A stretch of DNA of 64,000 nucleotides from an uncultured Bacilli bacterium (GTDB lineage: Bacteria; Bacillota_I; Bacilli_A; RF39; UBA660), in the NCBI GenBank assembly GCA_947629445.1, contig CANRDU010000002.1, positions 64,047 to 128,046 of the forward strand, read 5' to 3'. The first letter of the stretch is position 1, and each line of letters opens with the position of its first letter. The notes beneath the pieces were generated by a model that saw nothing but the letters and a program-made list of their open reading frames with translations, searched no databases and had not been told where the DNA came from. Positions 1 through 10,362 of this stretch are shown here, one piece after another. The position numbers were made by a program, and so were the translations under genes.

Positions 1-1745
1 CCCTTACGAACGACTAGAGGGTTTCCACATTCTGGACAATCCTCCCCTGTTTTTTCAGCCTCTTTCTTCGGCATTTCATGGAAAGCATTTTGAACAGCGG
101 GTTCAAACTCATTATAGAAAGAACGTAGTGTTTCTACCCAATTCGTATTTCCTTCGGCAATCTTATCCAAATCGGTTTCCATATTAGCCGTATATTCTAC
201 ATTGATAATATGACTGAAACATTGTTGTAAGCGATCTGTAATTTCAATACCAACATCTGTTGGAACAAATTTTTTTTCTACTAACGTCGCATAATTTCTT
301 TTCTTTAAAATATCAATCGTTGTTGCATAAGTACTTGGTCTTCCTATTCCTAATTCTTCCATCTCTTTAATCAATTTTGCTTCCGTATAGCGAGCAGGTG
401 GATTGGTAAAGTGTTGTTTCTTTTCGATAGATTGAGATACTACTACCTGAGAATTATAAGTATCAAATGGTGGTAGTTCTTTATTTTCAACATCTTCATA
501 ATCCTTGAACACCTTTAAGTATCCATCAAAAACTACTACCTGACCAGTTGTTTTGAATTGATAATTATGGTTATCCAAAATAACCGTTGTATTTTCTGTT
601 TCAGCGCTCTTCATAAGAGATGCTAAAGCACGATAGTAAATCATACGATAAAGTTTAAATTCATCCGTTGTTAAAAAAGGTTTTACTGCTTCAGGAGTAC
701 GATTAATACTTGTTGGACGAATCGCTTCATGAGCATCCTGAACATTTTCTTTCTTCTTAGCTGCCTTCACACTACCAACATATTCTTTTCCATATTTATT
801 TTCAATAAAAGAATATGCACTGCCAATAAAGTTCTGAGAAAGACGAATAGAATCAGTACGCATATAACTAATAAGTCCGACTGTTTCATCTTCTAGTTCA
901 ATACCTTCATATAACTTTTGAGCAATCTGCATAGTCTTTTTCGCATTAAATCCTAGTTTGTTCGAAGCATCTTGCTGTAGAGTACTCGTGATATAAGGAG
1001 GCTTTGATTGTTTTTGTTTTCTTTTCTTCTCTACACTTTCAATTTTAAAGGAATTAGACAATTTCGATAAAATTTCATTTGCTTCTGCTTCCGTTTTAAC
1101 CTCTATATCTTTATGATTATAGGCAAACATTTCTGCCTCAAATGATGGGAATATTCCAGTAATTGTCCAATACTCTTCCGCCTTAAAATTTTCAATTTCT
1201 CTTTCTCTATCTACAATTAATTTTAAAGCGACAGACTGTACACGTCCTGCACTACTACCATCTGTCTTAGACTGAATTAATTTACTAAGACGAAAACCGA
1301 TAATACGATCTAAAATTCTTCTTGTTTCTTGGCTATTTACTAGATTTTTATCAATTTTTCTAGTGTTTTTAAATGCCTCTACAACAGCATCCTTCGTAAT
1401 CTCATTAAAAACTACTCGGTCGTAATTATCTTCCTTTAGACCTAACGTATCATAAAGATGCCATGAAATAGCTTCTCCTTCACGGTCAGGGTCGGTAGCT
1501 AGAAAAACGCGATCCGCTTTTTTGGCTTCTTTTTTTAATTCGTTAATGACCGCTGTTTTGCCTTTCATTGGCACATAATCTGGTTTAAAATCATTTTCTA
1601 TATCGACACCAAATCCATATTTTCCCTTGGTAGATAAATCTCTTACATGACCTTTAGATGATAAAACTTTGTATCCACTTCCTAAATATTTTTCAATTGG
1701 TTTCGTTTTACTTGGAGACTCCACAATAACTAAATGTTTAGGCAT
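1..1745 (-). CDS. topA: DNA topoisomerase I (C-terminus cut by window edge)
   Basis: Absent from the ORF track because there is no stop inside the window. The minus strand is open from ATG 1745-1743 to base 1. Translation starts MPKHLVIVESPSKTKPIEKYLGSGYKVLSSKGHVRDL...FLATDPDREGEAISWH (Toprim/TopA N-terminus). At the edge it reads ...GEDCPECGNPLVVRKG (TopA zinc ribbon). SD aagaggaag lies upstream. Confidence 0.9.
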   Translation of the reverse strand, partial: MPKHLVIVESPSKTKPIEKYLGSGYKVLSSKGHVRDLSTKGKYGFGVDIENDFKPDYVPMKGKTAVINELKKEAKKADRVFLATDPDREGEAISWHLYDTLGLKEDNYDRVVFNEITKDAVVEAFKNTRKIDKNLVNSQETRRILDRIIGFRLSKLIQSKTDGSSAGRVQSVALKLIVDREREIENFKAEEYWTITGIFPSFEAEMFAYNHKDIEVKTEAEANEILSKLSNSFKIESVEKKRKQKQSKPPYITSTLQQDASNKLGFNAKKTMQIAQKLYEGIELEDETVGLISYMRTDSIRLSQNFIGSAYSFIENKYGKEYVGSVKAAKKKENVQDAHEAIRPTSINRTPEAVKPFLTTDEFKLYRMIYYRALASLMKSAETENTTVILDNHNYQFKTTGQVVVFDGYLKVFKDYEDVENKELPPFDTYNSQVVVSQSIEKKQHFTNPPARYTEAKLIKEMEELGIGRPSTYATTIDILKKRNYATLVEKKFVPTDVGIEITDRLQQCFSHIINVEYTANMETDLDKIAEGNTNWVETLRSFYNEFEPAVQNAFHEMPKKEAEKTGEDCPECGNPLVVRK

Positions 1746-1773
1746 AATCCACTTCCTCTTTGTCTATCCATAA

Positions 1774-1802
1774 TTTATACACTATAAAGTTCTTTTTGTC
1801 AA
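1774..1802 (-). promoter_or_regulatory. sigma-A-type promoter for topA
   Basis: Minus strand reads TTGACA (1802-1797), 17-nt spacer, TATAAA (1779-1774), about 30 nt upstream of the topA ATG. Confidence 0.5.
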
Positions 1803-1892
1803 ATAACACTTTTTTTATTTTACACTCATTAACCTTTCTTTTCTAGATTTTAACAACGTTTTTTTTAGCTTTCGTAAATTTTTTGTCGTGAT

Positions 1893-2822
1893 TTAATATT
1901 TTCCACATTTGCTTCCCCAAGTATCTAATAACTCTCTATCCCTATATATACGAACTAACTCACAGCGATTGGAACATCCCTTACACTCTTCCCCAATCGT
2001 TTTAAATTCAATATTTTGGAAATCTAAAGTATAGTTTCTTGGATTCGGAACTTTTGAAGACAATATCGCAACGCCAAGTGCTCCCATCAAATGACCATTG
2101 TCATCTACTAATACTTTTTCCTTTAGTATTTCCTCAAAATATTTATGGACTCCTACATTTTTAGAAACACCACCTTGAAAAATAATTGGAGATTCTAATC
2201 TTTTACCCTTACATACATTATTTAAATAATTGAGAACAACCGATTTACAAAGTCCCGCAATAATATCCTCCTTTGGATATCCTATTTGTGCTTTATGCAC
2301 TAAATCAGACTCTGCAAAGACCGTACACCTAGCCGCAATATTGGTTGGATTGGTACTTTTTAACGCAATATTTCCAAAATCTTTTACATCGACTCCCAAA
2401 CGTTTTGCTTGACTGGATAAAAAGGAACCTGTTCCTGCCGCACATAATGTATTCATTGCATAATCATGAATCATGCGATTGCGAATACAAATGACTTTGG
2501 AATCTTGACCACCAATTTCCAAGATGGTTTTTACATCAGGATGGTATGTCAAAGTTCCAACCGCATGGGCGGTAATCTCATTCTTGACAACATTCGCATT
2601 CAAAAGTAGTCCAATTAACTTTCTAGCGCTCCCGGTTGTTCCTATTCCTCTTAATTGATATTCAGGGGGAATGGATACCAACTGCAAGGCTTCTTTTACT
2701 GCCACAATGGGATTCCCTTTCGTTTCAATATAACAAGAACTTAGTATTTGATAGGATTTATTAATAATTACCGCTTTGGTTGAAATAGAACCGATATCAA
2801 TTCCTAAATAACATTCTTTCAT
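1893..2822 (-). CDS. BcrAD/BadFG-family ATPase, HgdC/YjiL-like [4Fe-4S] activase
   Basis: Track ORF is 1893..2849. Start refined to ATG 2822 (MKECYLGIDIGSISTK), with a GAGGAA SD and an ATGA overlap with the upstream stop. It has a sugar-kinase/actin-fold N-terminus and cluster-type Cys in LCAAGTGSF and ARCTVFAESD. The C-terminal tail is CKGCSNRC...CGKY. Confidence 0.75.
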   Translation of the reverse strand: MKECYLGIDIGSISTKAVIINKSYQILSSCYIETKGNPIVAVKEALQLVSIPPEYQLRGIGTTGSARKLIGLLLNANVVKNEITAHAVGTLTYHPDVKTILEIGGQDSKVICIRNRMIHDYAMNTLCAAGTGSFLSSQAKRLGVDVKDFGNIALKSTNPTNIAARCTVFAESDLVHKAQIGYPKEDIIAGLCKSVVLNYLNNVCKGKRLESPIIFQGGVSKNVGVHKYFEEILKEKVLVDDNGHLMGALGVAILSSKVPNPRNYTLDFQNIEFKTIGEECKGCSNRCELVRIYRDRELLDTWGSKCGKY

Positions 2823-3865
2823 TGTTTCCTCATTTCTAACATATCGCAAAAAGCTTCTATCCTCGTTAAAAAGCCAGTTTCTGAAGTATTCATATCCATA
2901 CTAAAAAACAAAACAGGAACACCATATTGTTGAGCAGTAGATTCAATAATCGGCATAGCTGCAATCTCCGGTGTACAAAAAGAAGACTTAATATGAATAA
3001 TTCCATCATACTCATCCTCACATAATTCTTTGGTATGATGAATGTTATCTAACGCATCGGCTCCCATTCGATATTTTATAAAAAAATTTTTGAGATATTG
3101 TTTTACCTTTCTCTTCTTTTGAAATAATAAATAAGTGACATCCGTATATCTTTTGACTTCAAAACCATAAGAATTTAATAGTTCTTCTATTTCTTCATTA
3201 GCCTTTGGTTCCATCAAGGTATAAAGTTCTCCTATAAGACCTACTCTAATTCTTTTTGTCGTTTCTCTAAGAGGAACATTTTTCATTCTTTTTAAATACG
3301 TTTTATAAATGTGATACAAATGAATTGGTCCTTTTGCTTCACTCATTTTTAAAAGCATTTCTTCCCGCAACTTATTAAATGCTCCTTTTTCTTTTTCATA
3401 ACAGCGATGAGAGCGAATATAGTGATCAATCTTATCCATATAAATAACCATCTTTTTCGTCGTATAAAGATATTTTAAAAAGCCTCTTTTTTTGAGTTCT
3501 ATCGGATATTCTTTGAATAATTTTCTAATCGATATATGATTTCCACCATTAATCAGATTAATTAACTGAAAGTGATAACCTAAATCCTTTAATATTTGCT
3601 CTTGTAGTTCATGATAATAACCATATCTACATCCTCCACCCATTTGAATGAGAATGTCTGCCCCCATATCTAAAGATTCTATCATCGTTCCCAATGTATA
3701 TTTAAATGGTGTACAAACAAAATCGGGACTATATTTACTCCCTAGTTCCATAGTCTTTTTCGTTATTTCTTTTGGCTTTATAATTTCATTTCTCAATACA
3801 TGAGTTAATAAATAATAAATAGGTACTCCATAACTTCCCAATTGTGGATAACTAATTTTGTTCAA
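2819..3865 (-). CDS. 2-hydroxyacyl-CoA dehydratase D-component-like protein (activase-associated)
   Basis: 348 aa with Cys motifs DFVCTPFKY, GGGCRYGY and SSFCTPE. These resemble the HGD-D-like part of the large Firmicute CoA-substrate-specific enzyme activase proteins. TTG start overlaps the upstream stop by 14 nt. Confidence 0.6.
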   Translation of the reverse strand: MNKISYPQLGSYGVPIYYLLTHVLRNEIIKPKEITKKTMELGSKYSPDFVCTPFKYTLGTMIESLDMGADILIQMGGGCRYGYYHELQEQILKDLGYHFQLINLINGGNHISIRKLFKEYPIELKKRGFLKYLYTTKKMVIYMDKIDHYIRSHRCYEKEKGAFNKLREEMLLKMSEAKGPIHLYHIYKTYLKRMKNVPLRETTKRIRVGLIGELYTLMEPKANEEIEELLNSYGFEVKRYTDVTYLLFQKKRKVKQYLKNFFIKYRMGADALDNIHHTKELCEDEYDGIIHIKSSFCTPEIAAMPIIESTAQQYGVPVLFFSMDMNTSETGFLTRIEAFCDMLEMRKQ

Positions 3866-4739
3866 TTAAATCCACAAAACTTTCTAACCTGGTTTCCAAT
3901 CCTGTTGAAGCAGACATATCATCAATCACAAGATTTAGATACGGTTTTTCCATTTTTCGAATCACTAACTCATGTACTAAAGAATCTAACCCGCAAGGGA
4001 AAGTAGATAGAAAGATAATACCGTCTACCTCTTTACATAAAGGAATAGAACCAATACTATCACGACTATATTTCCAATACAAATCCTGTGACAATTCCTT
4101 TGATAACAAGTTGGTCTTTTTCTCATCAAAATAATCACTATAGAGAATCTGAATATGATTTTCTTTTAATATTTTCACAATAGAGGAACCGATAAAATCA
4201 TCATGAATATTGTAAGCATGAGATACAATTAATACTTTCTTTCCCGAACTATTTAAAATCTGTTGTTGTAAATTTTCCCTTCTACTTTTCATTTCTTTTT
4301 CCTTTTTCATCGCATATTCATAAGCTAAAATACACTGAACTCTAGATAACTTTAATTCTTTCATATTTAAAATGCCATCTAAAAAATCATGTTGGGAATC
4401 AATGTTATAATTCAAAATAGGTGTTTTAAAATAATGCTTTGATATATCGTAGAGCGCTAAAAAATTCGTACAAGTTTGATTTTCCTTATCAAATCGGTCT
4501 ATTCTTGGGATTAAAATATAGTCGCATTTATCTTGCAAATAAGCGATATGACCTAAATAAATTTTCATACTTAAACACATTTCATCTGGTGCTAAATGGC
4601 TACCCATCTCCACTATTTCTTTTGTTGTACTGGGACTATATACCAATTCCATATTACATTTTTTAAAAAAATATTTCCAAAAATTTCCATAATAATAATA
4701 GTATATTCCACGTGGGATTCCTATTTTAACCTTGTCCAT
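3852..4739 (-). CDS. DUF2229-like acyl-CoA dehydratase activase-related protein
   Basis: Motifs KIGIPRGIYYYYYGNFWKYFF, PDEMCLSMKIY, ILIPRI and FPCGLDS are typical of DUF2229 as I recall it. The track start 4751 is GTG. ATG 4739 (MDKVKIG) follows GGTGAT and is preferred. Confidence 0.6.
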   Translation of the reverse strand: MDKVKIGIPRGIYYYYYGNFWKYFFKKCNMELVYSPSTTKEIVEMGSHLAPDEMCLSMKIYLGHIAYLQDKCDYILIPRIDRFDKENQTCTNFLALYDISKHYFKTPILNYNIDSQHDFLDGILNMKELKLSRVQCILAYEYAMKKEKEMKSRRENLQQQILNSSGKKVLIVSHAYNIHDDFIGSSIVKILKENHIQILYSDYFDEKKTNLLSKELSQDLYWKYSRDSIGSIPLCKEVDGIIFLSTFPCGLDSLVHELVIRKMEKPYLNLVIDDMSASTGLETRLESFVDLIEQN

Positions 4740-4805
4740 TTTAATCACCACTACACTATATGTATAAAATTAAAAAATATGAACACTCTAAAAAAGGGTG
4801 AGAAT

Positions 4806-4967
4806 ATGAATGAGCTAAATCAAAAAATAAAATGTGATGTTTTTGATTGTAAACATTGTAATTGTGATGACAAAGTTTGTAACTTAAAAGAAATCAAAGT
4901 ATGTAATTGTAGTCATGATGATACCAAAGAAGCAACAATGTGCTACAGTTTTAAATCTAGAAAATAA
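4806..4967 (+). CDS. DUF1540-like small Cys-rich protein (53 aa)
   Basis: MNELNQKIKCDVFDCKHCNCDDKVCNLKEIKVCNCSHDDTKEATMCYSF has the two-half Cys pattern of DUF1540. SD aagggtgag precedes ATG 4806. The longer track ORF (4596..) runs antisense into the neighbouring gene. Confidence 0.55.
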   Translation: MNELNQKIKCDVFDCKHCNCDDKVCNLKEIKVCNCSHDDTKEATMCYSFKSRK

Positions 4968-4987
4968 AGGAATAGTGATTTTGATGC

Positions 4988-5016
4988 AAATATCCGAATA
5001 TCGGATATTTTTTTTT
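4988..5016 (+). terminator. intrinsic terminator after the DUF1540 gene
   Basis: AAATATCCGA-ata-TCGGATATTT perfect 10-bp stem followed by a T-run. Confidence 0.7.
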
Positions 5017-5044
5017 AGGAAAAGTTCTATTTCTATTGAAAATA

Positions 5045-5073
5045 GTGACAAAATTAGCCATTTGTGATATAAT
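5045..5073 (+). promoter_or_regulatory. sigma-A-type promoter (extended -10) for the FemAB-family gene
   Basis: GTGACA, 17-nt spacer, TATAAT preceded by TGa, about 28 nt before SD gaggagg and ATG 5102. Confidence 0.5.
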
Positions 5074-5101
5074 GATATACTGACTTAAGAGGAGGAGTTC
5101 T

Positions 5102-6352
5102 ATGCGAATCAAAGAATTAACGAATGAAGAGTTTATGGAATTTACCAATCAATATCCTGAATATTCTGTCTTTCAAACACCAGAATATGCAATGGTTATG
5201 AATAAACAAAAGTATGACACCTTCTATCTTGGTATGGTAGATGATTACGGTAAAATGGTAGCCGCTTCCCTATTTCTTGTAGAATTACTAAATAAATTTC
5301 AATATGCATATGCTCCTAGAGGCTTTTTAATAAATTATCATGATGAAAATCTTCTAAGAGAATTTACAGAACAAGTACGTAAATTTTTAAAGAAAAAAAA
5401 TATTATGGCTGTTAAAATTTCTCCTATGATTGTAAAGGCTACTTATAACCGGGATGTCAAAGAAAAAAAGGAATATACAGAGTCAGAAACTATTTTTAAA
5501 TCACTTAAAAAAATGGGATATTATCATTTAGGATATAACCGTTTCTTTGAAGCCTTTAAGCCTCGTTTTGAAGCAGTTATCCCTCTTTATCAAAATACAT
5601 CTATTATGTTTCAAAATATTCGTAAAGAATTTAGAACAAAAATTAGAATGAGTGATCGTAACGGCATTCGTATTTATAAAGGAAGTAGTGAAAATCTATC
5701 TTATTTTTATCAAATGACAAAAAACAAGTATCCTCGTGGCTTAGAATACTTTCAAGATGCCTATAACCAATATCAAAAGCGAGGAATGGTTGATATCTAT
5801 TTCGCTTTGTTAGACTCTAGATATTATTTGGTAAATGCCCAAAAAGAATTTCAAAAGCAAACCACTATCTGTGAAGCTGTAACGGAAGAAATTTTTAAAA
5901 ACCAAGGAAAAGCAAATAACAAAATGGTTACTAGAAAAATAACAGAAGATAATAAATTAGCAAGTTGTAAAAATCAACTGGTGGCAGCTACTTCTCTACT
6001 TCAGAATAATCCAGATGGTGTCATTCTAGCATGTGCGATGATTGTGCGTCACCGAAAAGAAACTTACCTTCTCATGGATGGATATGTTCCAGAATATAAA
6101 CATTTAAATGCTAAACATTTACTCATTTGGAAGTTAATGGAAAAATATGCACTCGAAGGATATGAAACTTTTAACCTCGGGGGAATTGCTGATCCTACTA
6201 ACCCAGAAAATTATAAAGGTTTAAATGATTTTCGTTTAGGATTTGGAGCCAACGCAGTAGAATACTTAGGAGACTTTGAATTAATTGGTAATAAAGCACT
6301 CTATACAATGTATAGAAATACTTCCCCTATTCGTAATCTCATGAAAAAATAA
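5102..6352 (+). CDS. FemAB-family peptidoglycan interpeptide aminoacyltransferase (FemX/MurM-like)
   Basis: 416 aa. N-terminus ...FQTPEYAMVMNKQKYD..YAPRGFLI and C-terminus FNLGGIAD..YKGLNDFRLGFGA match the FemAB fold with a central coiled-coil insert. Confidence 0.75.
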   Translation: MRIKELTNEEFMEFTNQYPEYSVFQTPEYAMVMNKQKYDTFYLGMVDDYGKMVAASLFLVELLNKFQYAYAPRGFLINYHDENLLREFTEQVRKFLKKKNIMAVKISPMIVKATYNRDVKEKKEYTESETIFKSLKKMGYYHLGYNRFFEAFKPRFEAVIPLYQNTSIMFQNIRKEFRTKIRMSDRNGIRIYKGSSENLSYFYQMTKNKYPRGLEYFQDAYNQYQKRGMVDIYFALLDSRYYLVNAQKEFQKQTTICEAVTEEIFKNQGKANNKMVTRKITEDNKLASCKNQLVAATSLLQNNPDGVILACAMIVRHRKETYLLMDGYVPEYKHLNAKHLLIWKLMEKYALEGYETFNLGGIADPTNPENYKGLNDFRLGFGANAVEYLGDFELIGNKALYTMYRNTSPIRNLMKK

Positions 6353-6390
6353 AAGATTAGACATGGAAGATAACCGCTCTAATCTTTTTT
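6353..6390 (+). terminator. putative terminator after the FemAB-family gene
   Basis: AAGATTAGA ... TCTAATCTT 9-bp stem with a 16-nt loop, then TTTT. Confidence 0.45.
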
Positions 6391-6439
6391 ATTTCTTTAT
6401 TTTTATCCAATTCTTGCATTACCAACAATTTATTATCTC

Positions 6440-6470
6440 AAAAAAAAGAAAGGAACTCTCCTTTCTTTTC
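6440..6470 (-). terminator. intrinsic terminator after tuf
   Basis: Minus strand reads GAAAGG-agagtt-CCTTTC followed by T8. Confidence 0.65.
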
Positions 6471-6482
6471 GTTTTGTATTTA

Positions 6483-7667
6483 CTATTTAATAATTTCTGA
6501 AATATTACCAGAACCAACTGTTCTACCACCTTCACGAATTGAGAACTTTGTTCCGTTTTCGATAGCGATTGGAGCAATTAATTCAACAGTCATTTCAACA
6601 TTATCTCCAGGCATAACCATTTCAACACCTTCTGGTAACTCGATAACACCAGTTACATCAGTAGTTCTGAAATAGAATTGTGGACGATAATTTGAGAAGA
6701 ATGGAGTATGACGTCCACCTTCTTCTTTGCTTAAAACATAAACTTGTGCTTTAAACTTAGTATGAGGTGTAACAGTACCTGGTTTAGCAAGTACTTGACC
6801 ACGTTCAACTTCCTCACGAGCAATACCACGTAATAATACTCCGGCATTATCTCCTGATTCAGCATAATCTAATTGTTTACGGAACATTTCAATTCCTGTA
6901 ACAACAGTTTTCTTAGTTTCTTTTAAACCAACGATTTCAACTTCATCATTAAGTTTTAATTGACCACGTTCAACACGTCCTGTAACAACTGTTCCACGAC
7001 CAGTGATTGTGAATACATCCTCAATTGGCATTAAGAATGGTTTATCAGTATCTCTTACTGGAGTTTCAATCCAAGTATCAACAGCATCCATTAAATCTAA
7101 GATACCTTGTTCATATTTAGGATCTCCTTCAAGAGCTTTTAAAGCTGATCCACGAATGATTGGAGTGTTATCTCCATCAAATCCGTACTCATTTAATAAT
7201 TCACGGATTTCCATCTCAACTAAATCTAATAACTCAGCATCGTCAACCATATCACACTTATTCATGAATACAACCATACGAGGTACTCCAACTTGACGTG
7301 ATAATAAGATGTGCTCACGAGTTTGAGCCATAGGTCCATCAGTTGCAGCAATAACTAAGATAGCTCCATCCATTTGAGCCGCACCAGTAATCATGTTCTT
7401 TACATAGTCAGCATGTCCTGGGCAGTCAACGTGTGCATAGTGTCTTTTTTCAGTTTGATATTCAACGTGGGCAGTATTAATAGTGATTCCACGTTCTCTT
7501 TCTTCTGGTGCCTTATCAATGTTTGCATAATCTACGAAATCAGCAAATCCTTTTTTTGATAATACGTTGGTAATAGCAGCTGTTAAAGTTGTTTTACCAT
7601 GGTCTACGTGTCCAATTGTACCAATGTTAACATGTGGTTTGGAACGATCGAATTTTTCTTTTGCCAT
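6483..7667 (-). CDS. tuf: elongation factor Tu
   Basis: 394 aa. [41 protein letters not shown] and NKCD are unmistakable. Confidence 0.98.
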   Translation of the reverse strand: MAKEKFDRSKPHVNIGTIGHVDHGKTTLTAAITNVLSKKGFADFVDYANIDKAPEERERGITINTAHVEYQTEKRHYAHVDCPGHADYVKNMITGAAQMDGAILVIAATDGPMAQTREHILLSRQVGVPRMVVFMNKCDMVDDAELLDLVEMEIRELLNEYGFDGDNTPIIRGSALKALEGDPKYEQGILDLMDAVDTWIETPVRDTDKPFLMPIEDVFTITGRGTVVTGRVERGQLKLNDEVEIVGLKETKKTVVTGIEMFRKQLDYAESGDNAGVLLRGIAREEVERGQVLAKPGTVTPHTKFKAQVYVLSKEEGGRHTPFFSNYRPQFYFRTTDVTGVIELPEGVEMVMPGDNVEMTVELIAPIAIENGTKFSIREGGRTVGSGNISEIIK

Positions 7668-7699
7668 ATATATTTCCTCCTTTATTTACATACAACAAT

Positions 7700-7728
7700 A
7701 TTATATATGATTACTTTTAAAATATCAA
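7700..7728 (-). promoter_or_regulatory. internal sigma-A promoter for tuf
   Basis: Minus strand reads TTGATA (7728-7723), 17 nt, TATAAT (7705-7700) in the fusA-tuf spacer. Confidence 0.55.
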
Positions 7729-7748
7729 TAGTTTTTTTGAGTTTCTGG

Positions 7749-7771
7749 GGAAACTAGAAGGTCTAGTTTCC
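7749..7771 (-). promoter_or_regulatory. perfect 10-bp hairpin spanning the fusA stop codon
   Basis: GGAAACTAGA-cct-TCTAGTTTCC on the transcript. The fusA TAG lies in the 5' arm. No U-run follows, so it may be an RNA stability or processing element, or a weak attenuator. Confidence 0.4.
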
Positions 7772-9835
7772 ACCATTTTTCTTAATAATTTCCTCAGAAA
7801 TGTTCTTTGGTACTTCCTCATAATGATCGAATACCATTGTGAAATTTCCACGTCCTTGCGTATTAGAACGCAAACTTGTTGCATAACCAAACATTTCAGA
7901 AAGTGGTACCATTGCATCAATAGCAAGCGCATTTCCACGATGTTCTTGTCCCATTGGACGTCCACGACGAGAAGTAATATCTCCCATAACGTTTCCTAAA
8001 TATTCATCAGGAACAATAACCTGTACTTTCATAATTGGCTCTAACAATACTGGCTTACATTTATTCTTAGCTTCTTTTAAAGCTAGAGAAGCAGCTACCT
8101 TGAAGGCCATTTCTGATGAGTCTACATCATGGTAAGATCCATCAAATAATGTTGCTTTTACATCGACCATTGGGTATCCAGCAAGAACACCAGTCTTCAA
8201 AGCATCTTGTAATCCTTTATCAGTTACTGGAATATATTCACGAGGAACAACTCCACCAACAATAGCATCCACAAATTCATATCCCTTATCAGGATTTGGT
8301 TCAAACTTAATCCATACGTGTCCATATTGTCCACGACCACCAGATTGTTTAATGTATTTACCTTCACAATCCGCAGCTTGGGTAATCGTTTCACGATAAG
8401 AAACTTGAGGTTGACCGATATTGGCCTCTACACCAAACTCTCTTTTCATACGATCAACGATGATATCAAGGTGTAACTCACCCATACCAGCAATAATCGT
8501 TTGACCAGTTTCATGGTTAGTAGAAGCTCTAAAAGTTGGGTCTTCCTCTGATAATTTTTGAAGTGCTAAAGCCATCTTATCTTGATCTGCTTTTGATTTT
8601 GGTTCAACAGCAAGTTCAATAACTGGTTCTGGGAATTCCATAGATTCCAAAATACAAGCACTCTTTTCTTCACATAGAGTATCTCCTGTTGTCGTATTCT
8701 TAAGTCCTACAGCAGCAGCGATATCTCCTGTCCATACTTCCGCAATTTCAGAACGATTATTGGCATGCATAAGTAAGATACGGCCAATTCTCTCTTTTGT
8801 ATTTTTGGTAGCATTTAATACATAAGAACCACTACTTAAATGTCCTGAATAAACTCTGAAGAAAGTTAAACGTCCAACGAATGGATCTGTCATGATTTTA
8901 AATGCTAAAGCACTAAATGGTTCTGTATCTTTTGGATGTCTTTCAATTTCTTTACCATTTAAATCAACACCTTTAATAGATTCAATATCTGTAGGTGCTG
9001 GTAAATAATCAACAACCGCATCAAGAGCAAGTTTTACTCCCATGTTTCCTAAAGCAGTACCACAAAGTACTGGGAAGAATTCAACAGCAAGAGTTCCTTT
9101 ACGAATTGCACGTTTGATAAGGTCAACGCTTACTTCTTCTCCCTCTAAATATTTTTCCATTAATTCATCGTCAAAATCAGCAACTGCCTCAATTAACTCT
9201 GTTCTTTTTTGTTCAACGATATCCTTTAAATCATCTGGAATATCGATAATTTTTGGTTCCTCTACCTGTTCACCATCATATTGATAAGCCGTACGAGTTA
9301 CAAGGTCAATAATACCATTAAACTCATTTTCTGCACCAATAGGCCATTCAATAGGTTTCGCATTAACCCCTAAACGACTATCAATTGTTGATAAACTGTA
9401 TTCAAAGTTAGCACCCATTTTATCCATCTTATTACAGAAGAACATTCTTGGAACTTTGAATTCTGTTGCTTGTCTCCAAACAGTTTCTGTCTGTGGTTCA
9501 ACCCCCGCTTGTGAATCAAGCAACGCGATTGCACCATCAAGTACACGAAGAGATCTTGATACTTCAACAGTAAAGTCTACGTGTCCTGGGGTATCGATAA
9601 TATTTAAACGATGTCCCTTCCAGTATGCCGTAGTAGCCGCTGAAGTAATCGTAATACCACGTTCTTGTTCTTGCTCCATCCAGTCCATTTGAGATTCTCC
9701 ATCGTGAGTTTCTCCAATTTTATGGATTTTACCAGTATGGAATAATACACGTTCTGTAAAAGTGGTTTTTCCAGCATCGATATGAGCCATGATACCAAGG
9801 TTACGAGTATTTTCTAGACTATATTCACGAGCCAT
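7763..9835 (-). CDS. fusA: elongation factor G
   Basis: 690 aa with [23 protein letters not shown] and the full EF-G domain order. Confidence 0.98.
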   Translation of the reverse strand: MAREYSLENTRNLGIMAHIDAGKTTFTERVLFHTGKIHKIGETHDGESQMDWMEQEQERGITITSAATTAYWKGHRLNIIDTPGHVDFTVEVSRSLRVLDGAIALLDSQAGVEPQTETVWRQATEFKVPRMFFCNKMDKMGANFEYSLSTIDSRLGVNAKPIEWPIGAENEFNGIIDLVTRTAYQYDGEQVEEPKIIDIPDDLKDIVEQKRTELIEAVADFDDELMEKYLEGEEVSVDLIKRAIRKGTLAVEFFPVLCGTALGNMGVKLALDAVVDYLPAPTDIESIKGVDLNGKEIERHPKDTEPFSALAFKIMTDPFVGRLTFFRVYSGHLSSGSYVLNATKNTKERIGRILLMHANNRSEIAEVWTGDIAAAVGLKNTTTGDTLCEEKSACILESMEFPEPVIELAVEPKSKADQDKMALALQKLSEEDPTFRASTNHETGQTIIAGMGELHLDIIVDRMKREFGVEANIGQPQVSYRETITQAADCEGKYIKQSGGRGQYGHVWIKFEPNPDKGYEFVDAIVGGVVPREYIPVTDKGLQDALKTGVLAGYPMVDVKATLFDGSYHDVDSSEMAFKVAASLALKEAKNKCKPVLLEPIMKVQVIVPDEYLGNVMGDITSRRGRPMGQEHRGNALAIDAMVPLSEMFGYATSLRSNTQGRGNFTMVFDHYEEVPKNISEEIIKKNGGN

Positions 9836-9861
9836 ACTTTTATTTCCTTTCTTATTTTATA

Positions 9862-10329
9862 TTACCAACGGTAATGAGCAAATGCCTTATTAGCTTCTGC
9901 CATTCTGTGAGTATCTTCACGTTTTTTAACTGCTGCTCCAACACCGTTAGAAGCATCAATCATTTCATTTGCAAGATTTTCAGCCATAGAGTGTCCTCCA
10001 CGTAATCTTGAATATTGTACTAACCAACGAAGCGCTAATGCTTGACTACGATCAGCCTTTACTTCAATTGGTACTTGGTAGTTAGCTCCACCAACACGTC
10101 TAGACTTAACTTCTAGAGCTGGTTTAATGTTTTCCATAGCTTTGGCGAAAACTTCCATTGGATCTTGGCTAGTTTTCTCTTTTACCATGTCAAATGCATC
10201 ATATAAAATCTTTTGAGCAACTCCCTTTTTTCCATCTTTCATCAAACTGTTAATTAACTTTGTAACTAATTTTGAATTATAGATTGGATCTGGTAAAACG
10301 TCTCTTTTTACTGCACGTTTTTTACGCAT
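9862..10329 (-). CDS. rpsG: 30S ribosomal protein S7
   Basis: 155 aa, [15 protein letters not shown]...AHYRW. Confidence 0.97.
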   Translation of the reverse strand: MRKKRAVKRDVLPDPIYNSKLVTKLINSLMKDGKKGVAQKILYDAFDMVKEKTSQDPMEVFAKAMENIKPALEVKSRRVGGANYQVPIEVKADRSQALALRWLVQYSRLRGGHSMAENLANEMIDASNGVGAAVKKREDTHRMAEANKAFAHYRW

Positions 10330-10362
10330 AATTTATTCCTCCTTTTCTAGTTCATTTTTTTA

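Noticed and set aside
4596-4805. Long N-terminal extension of the DUF1540 ORF (the 123-aa version in the track).
   Set aside because: The extension runs antisense through the 5' end of the DUF2229-like gene and has no SD. An SD-backed ATG at 4806 gives a compact Cys-rich DUF1540-like protein.
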